Assembly (NCBI GenBank): GCA_965655095.1
Contig: OZ296649.1
Location: 45,012,001-45,076,000 of the forward strand
Direction of reading: 5' to 3'
DNA from: Haplodiscus bocki
Taxonomy: Eukaryota
Length of the DNA stretch: 64,000 bases
The translations under genes and the position numbers were made by a program. The number at the start of each line of letters is the position of its first letter. The stretch's first letter is position 1. Positions 61,980-64,000 of the stretch are shown piece by piece. The notes below the pieces were generated by a model, which was not told the origin of the DNA, ran no database searches, and saw nothing but the letters and a program-made list of their open reading frames with translations.

Positions 61980-62620
61980 CAACGGTGTCTCTTCTGCCAA
62001 TGATGAAGGTATATAGAATACTGTGGGGCAGGATCGGCTAAATTGGGGCAAAATCGTAGGGAAGTTGTTCTAGGATCGAAATCAATGAACAGATGACCGA
62101 ATGTTTCCGTAGTAGCTTTTTTCAATAACAATCTCTAGTGAGCTCTTTATTGTTCAATTTTCGGCCAAAAACAATAAATTGATGAAAATCTCGTGGGGAT
62201 TTGAACATTACAATATGAGTTGTACTTGTGAACGACCACTTGCCTTGAGGAAATGAATTTTGTTCGACAAACATCCAATGGAATGTTTTAAGACGTCGAT
62301 CCATTGCAATTTTTACAAATTCCTTCCTCCGATATATTTCTTCACATGAGTATCAAAAACTAGCATCCAGTTTTTCGGCTTTCTTATCGTCTCAAAGTCC
62401 AAACAGGAGCGAAATTCGATGTTCAGTTTTTCTGCCATTTCTTTGAACAGAGGTTGGATATCCTTTAGAATTATTATGTTTTTCTACATTTGGGTAGAAC
62501 GTTCGAGGTGATGCAAGCATAGAGAGGATAAGCTGTGTTTTTCTCGATCCATCCGGTCCAACTAAAGACATGAATGAGGGAGCGGTCTTCTCTGAAAGGT
62601 ATTTCGTTGACAGCTGAGGA
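61980..62620 (-). pseudogene. A32/FtsK-like packaging ATPase
   Basis: Walker A-like LVGPDGSRKTQL; later QNSFPQGKWS...THIVMFKSPRD and FGHLFIDFDP. Confidence 0.85.
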
Positions 62621-63559
62621 TTTGGTAAAATATAACCAACCACACCAAGCAACAGTGAAAACCATACTGGTGCCTCCCCGAAAGGAGGCGGGAGGAAACA
62701 CAACTGTTAGAACAGCTGTAACTATATAATATATAGAGGATAGCTCGAGTGAAGAACAGAGCCTCCAAACGAGATAGTCTTATCGAGTTACAAACATTCC
62801 CCGATGTTCTCTCAGTTTGACCATTAACGAAAACAAGGTTCTCAATCGGTATCCTGTTAACGGAATCAACTGTTTTCTCTTCCTTCTCGAATTAAACTGA
62901 TTTTAATTAACATCACATGACTTGAGAGTTATTCTATAGTCGTATGTTTTTACTTTATGCAATGGTAGAAACATAGCAATTTCTTTGTAGTTTTCCAAAA
63001 TCCGTTTTTCGTCAGAAACTGGCGTCGGTGGTCGAGGGTCCTTTTCGCGTGAGAAGGATGGGTTCAACTTTTCTGATTTGTAAGCTAAGTGCTGGGATTA
63101 TCCGTTCATTCATGAGTTTCTTCAGGCGAAAGTTGTTCATATTGTTCGTTGTAAGGATTCGTGTAGTTCAATACAGCTTTGACAGAATTAAAGCTTTCTT
63201 TAAGTTAAATTCTTTTGTCGACTGAACTAGAGCCAGTTTTGAAAAGCTAGGACCTGCAAATCCCACCAACTCTTCTTTGACGAGGTTGACGCTGGTAGTT
63301 TGCTGCTAGTTTTTATGTACTCCGACGGCCATCGGTTGATTTGTTGTCCTCAAGTGGAGAAACAGGCTCGGGGACAGGGGTAGCTCGAGGATTTCTGGTT
63401 GGACTGCGTTAGAACCCAAGCTGTTGTATTTTGTTCAATAACCAATAGTGGAACAAAAATGCTTTTTTCTTTGAACAGTGGTCGAAATAAGGCTCGGTGT
63501 GAAAAAGATTGTAACAGACTATATTGACATAGTGAGGAAAGTCGCAGACTTTAGGACAG

Positions 63560-63900
63560 CCAAATGATTCCAAATCTGCCAATGAAACAAATAATTGCGT
63601 AGCAATGAACTTTTTCTTCGTTTTCTAAACAACCTATGGAAAGCGGATTTTCAAGCACCTGAAAAATGTAAAGAGGAACGAGTAATCATTTTTTCGAGAT
63701 TTCCGATGTAAGCCATGTAGGTGTTTAGTAACCAGGTGGAAGTTTTTCTTCGCATCTCAAGGAGTGGCGCATCGAAGCAACAGCGCAATAGCAGAGTATC
63801 TTGATAGTTCGGTCGAAATATTGATATCTCTTTGATAAGGAAGGGATGATTCTTGTGTCTGAATGCCTCGAGACCTCCGACTACAAAGTCCGGATTTAAC
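63560..63900 (-). pseudogene. Possible DEDD-like exonuclease accessory gene of the Polinton
   Basis: FVVGGLEAFRHKNHPFLIKEISI resembles the VVDxExF...FIxKELA N-terminus of such Polinton accessory proteins. Confidence 0.4.
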
Positions 63901-64000
63901 AATTCAGGTAAGCAAAAAAAGCTGAATTGAAAAGCTTGAGTTTTAAGGCAAGAAAACATAGGGATAATAATTATGCGAAAGAGCCGATGCAGTAATTGCT

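Larger units (their letters stand above)
51944..64000 (-). mobile_element. Decayed, composite Polinton/Maverick (adintovirus-like endogenous element), continuing beyond the right edge
   Basis: Co-oriented pseudogenes for pPolB, c-integrase, packaging ATPase, minor and major capsid and adenain protease form the hallmark Polinton gene set. Confidence 0.92.

Overview
AT-rich, repeat-dense eukaryotic (invertebrate animal-type) genomic DNA with spliceosomal introns. Two host genes lie on the minus strand. The first is a multi-exon ZNF541/TRERF1-family C2H2 zinc-finger gene: six phase-consistent coding exons from 33004 running off the left edge, with introns up to ~16.5 kb and a candidate internal alternative first exon. 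The second is IWS1 (43189-44907, plus probable small 5' exons). Introns and intergenic DNA hold an internally deleted hAT transposon with a CGGBP1-like finger and intact TIRs/TSD, a decayed piggyBac, Helitron-like non-autonomous elements, ~175-bp degenerate satellite arrays and tRNA-like SINE heads. A near-perfect 1.74-kb tandem duplication of a decayed Penelope-like remnant lies at 39.4-42.9 kb. The right ~12 kb is a decayed, apparently composite Polinton/Maverick (endogenous dsDNA virus-like element) with pseudogenes for protein-primed PolB, integrase, packaging ATPase, major and minor capsid and adenain protease. It contains two diverged capsid N-termini, one fused in frame to the PolB N-terminal zinc finger. 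All family calls come from motif recognition by eye; no searches were run.
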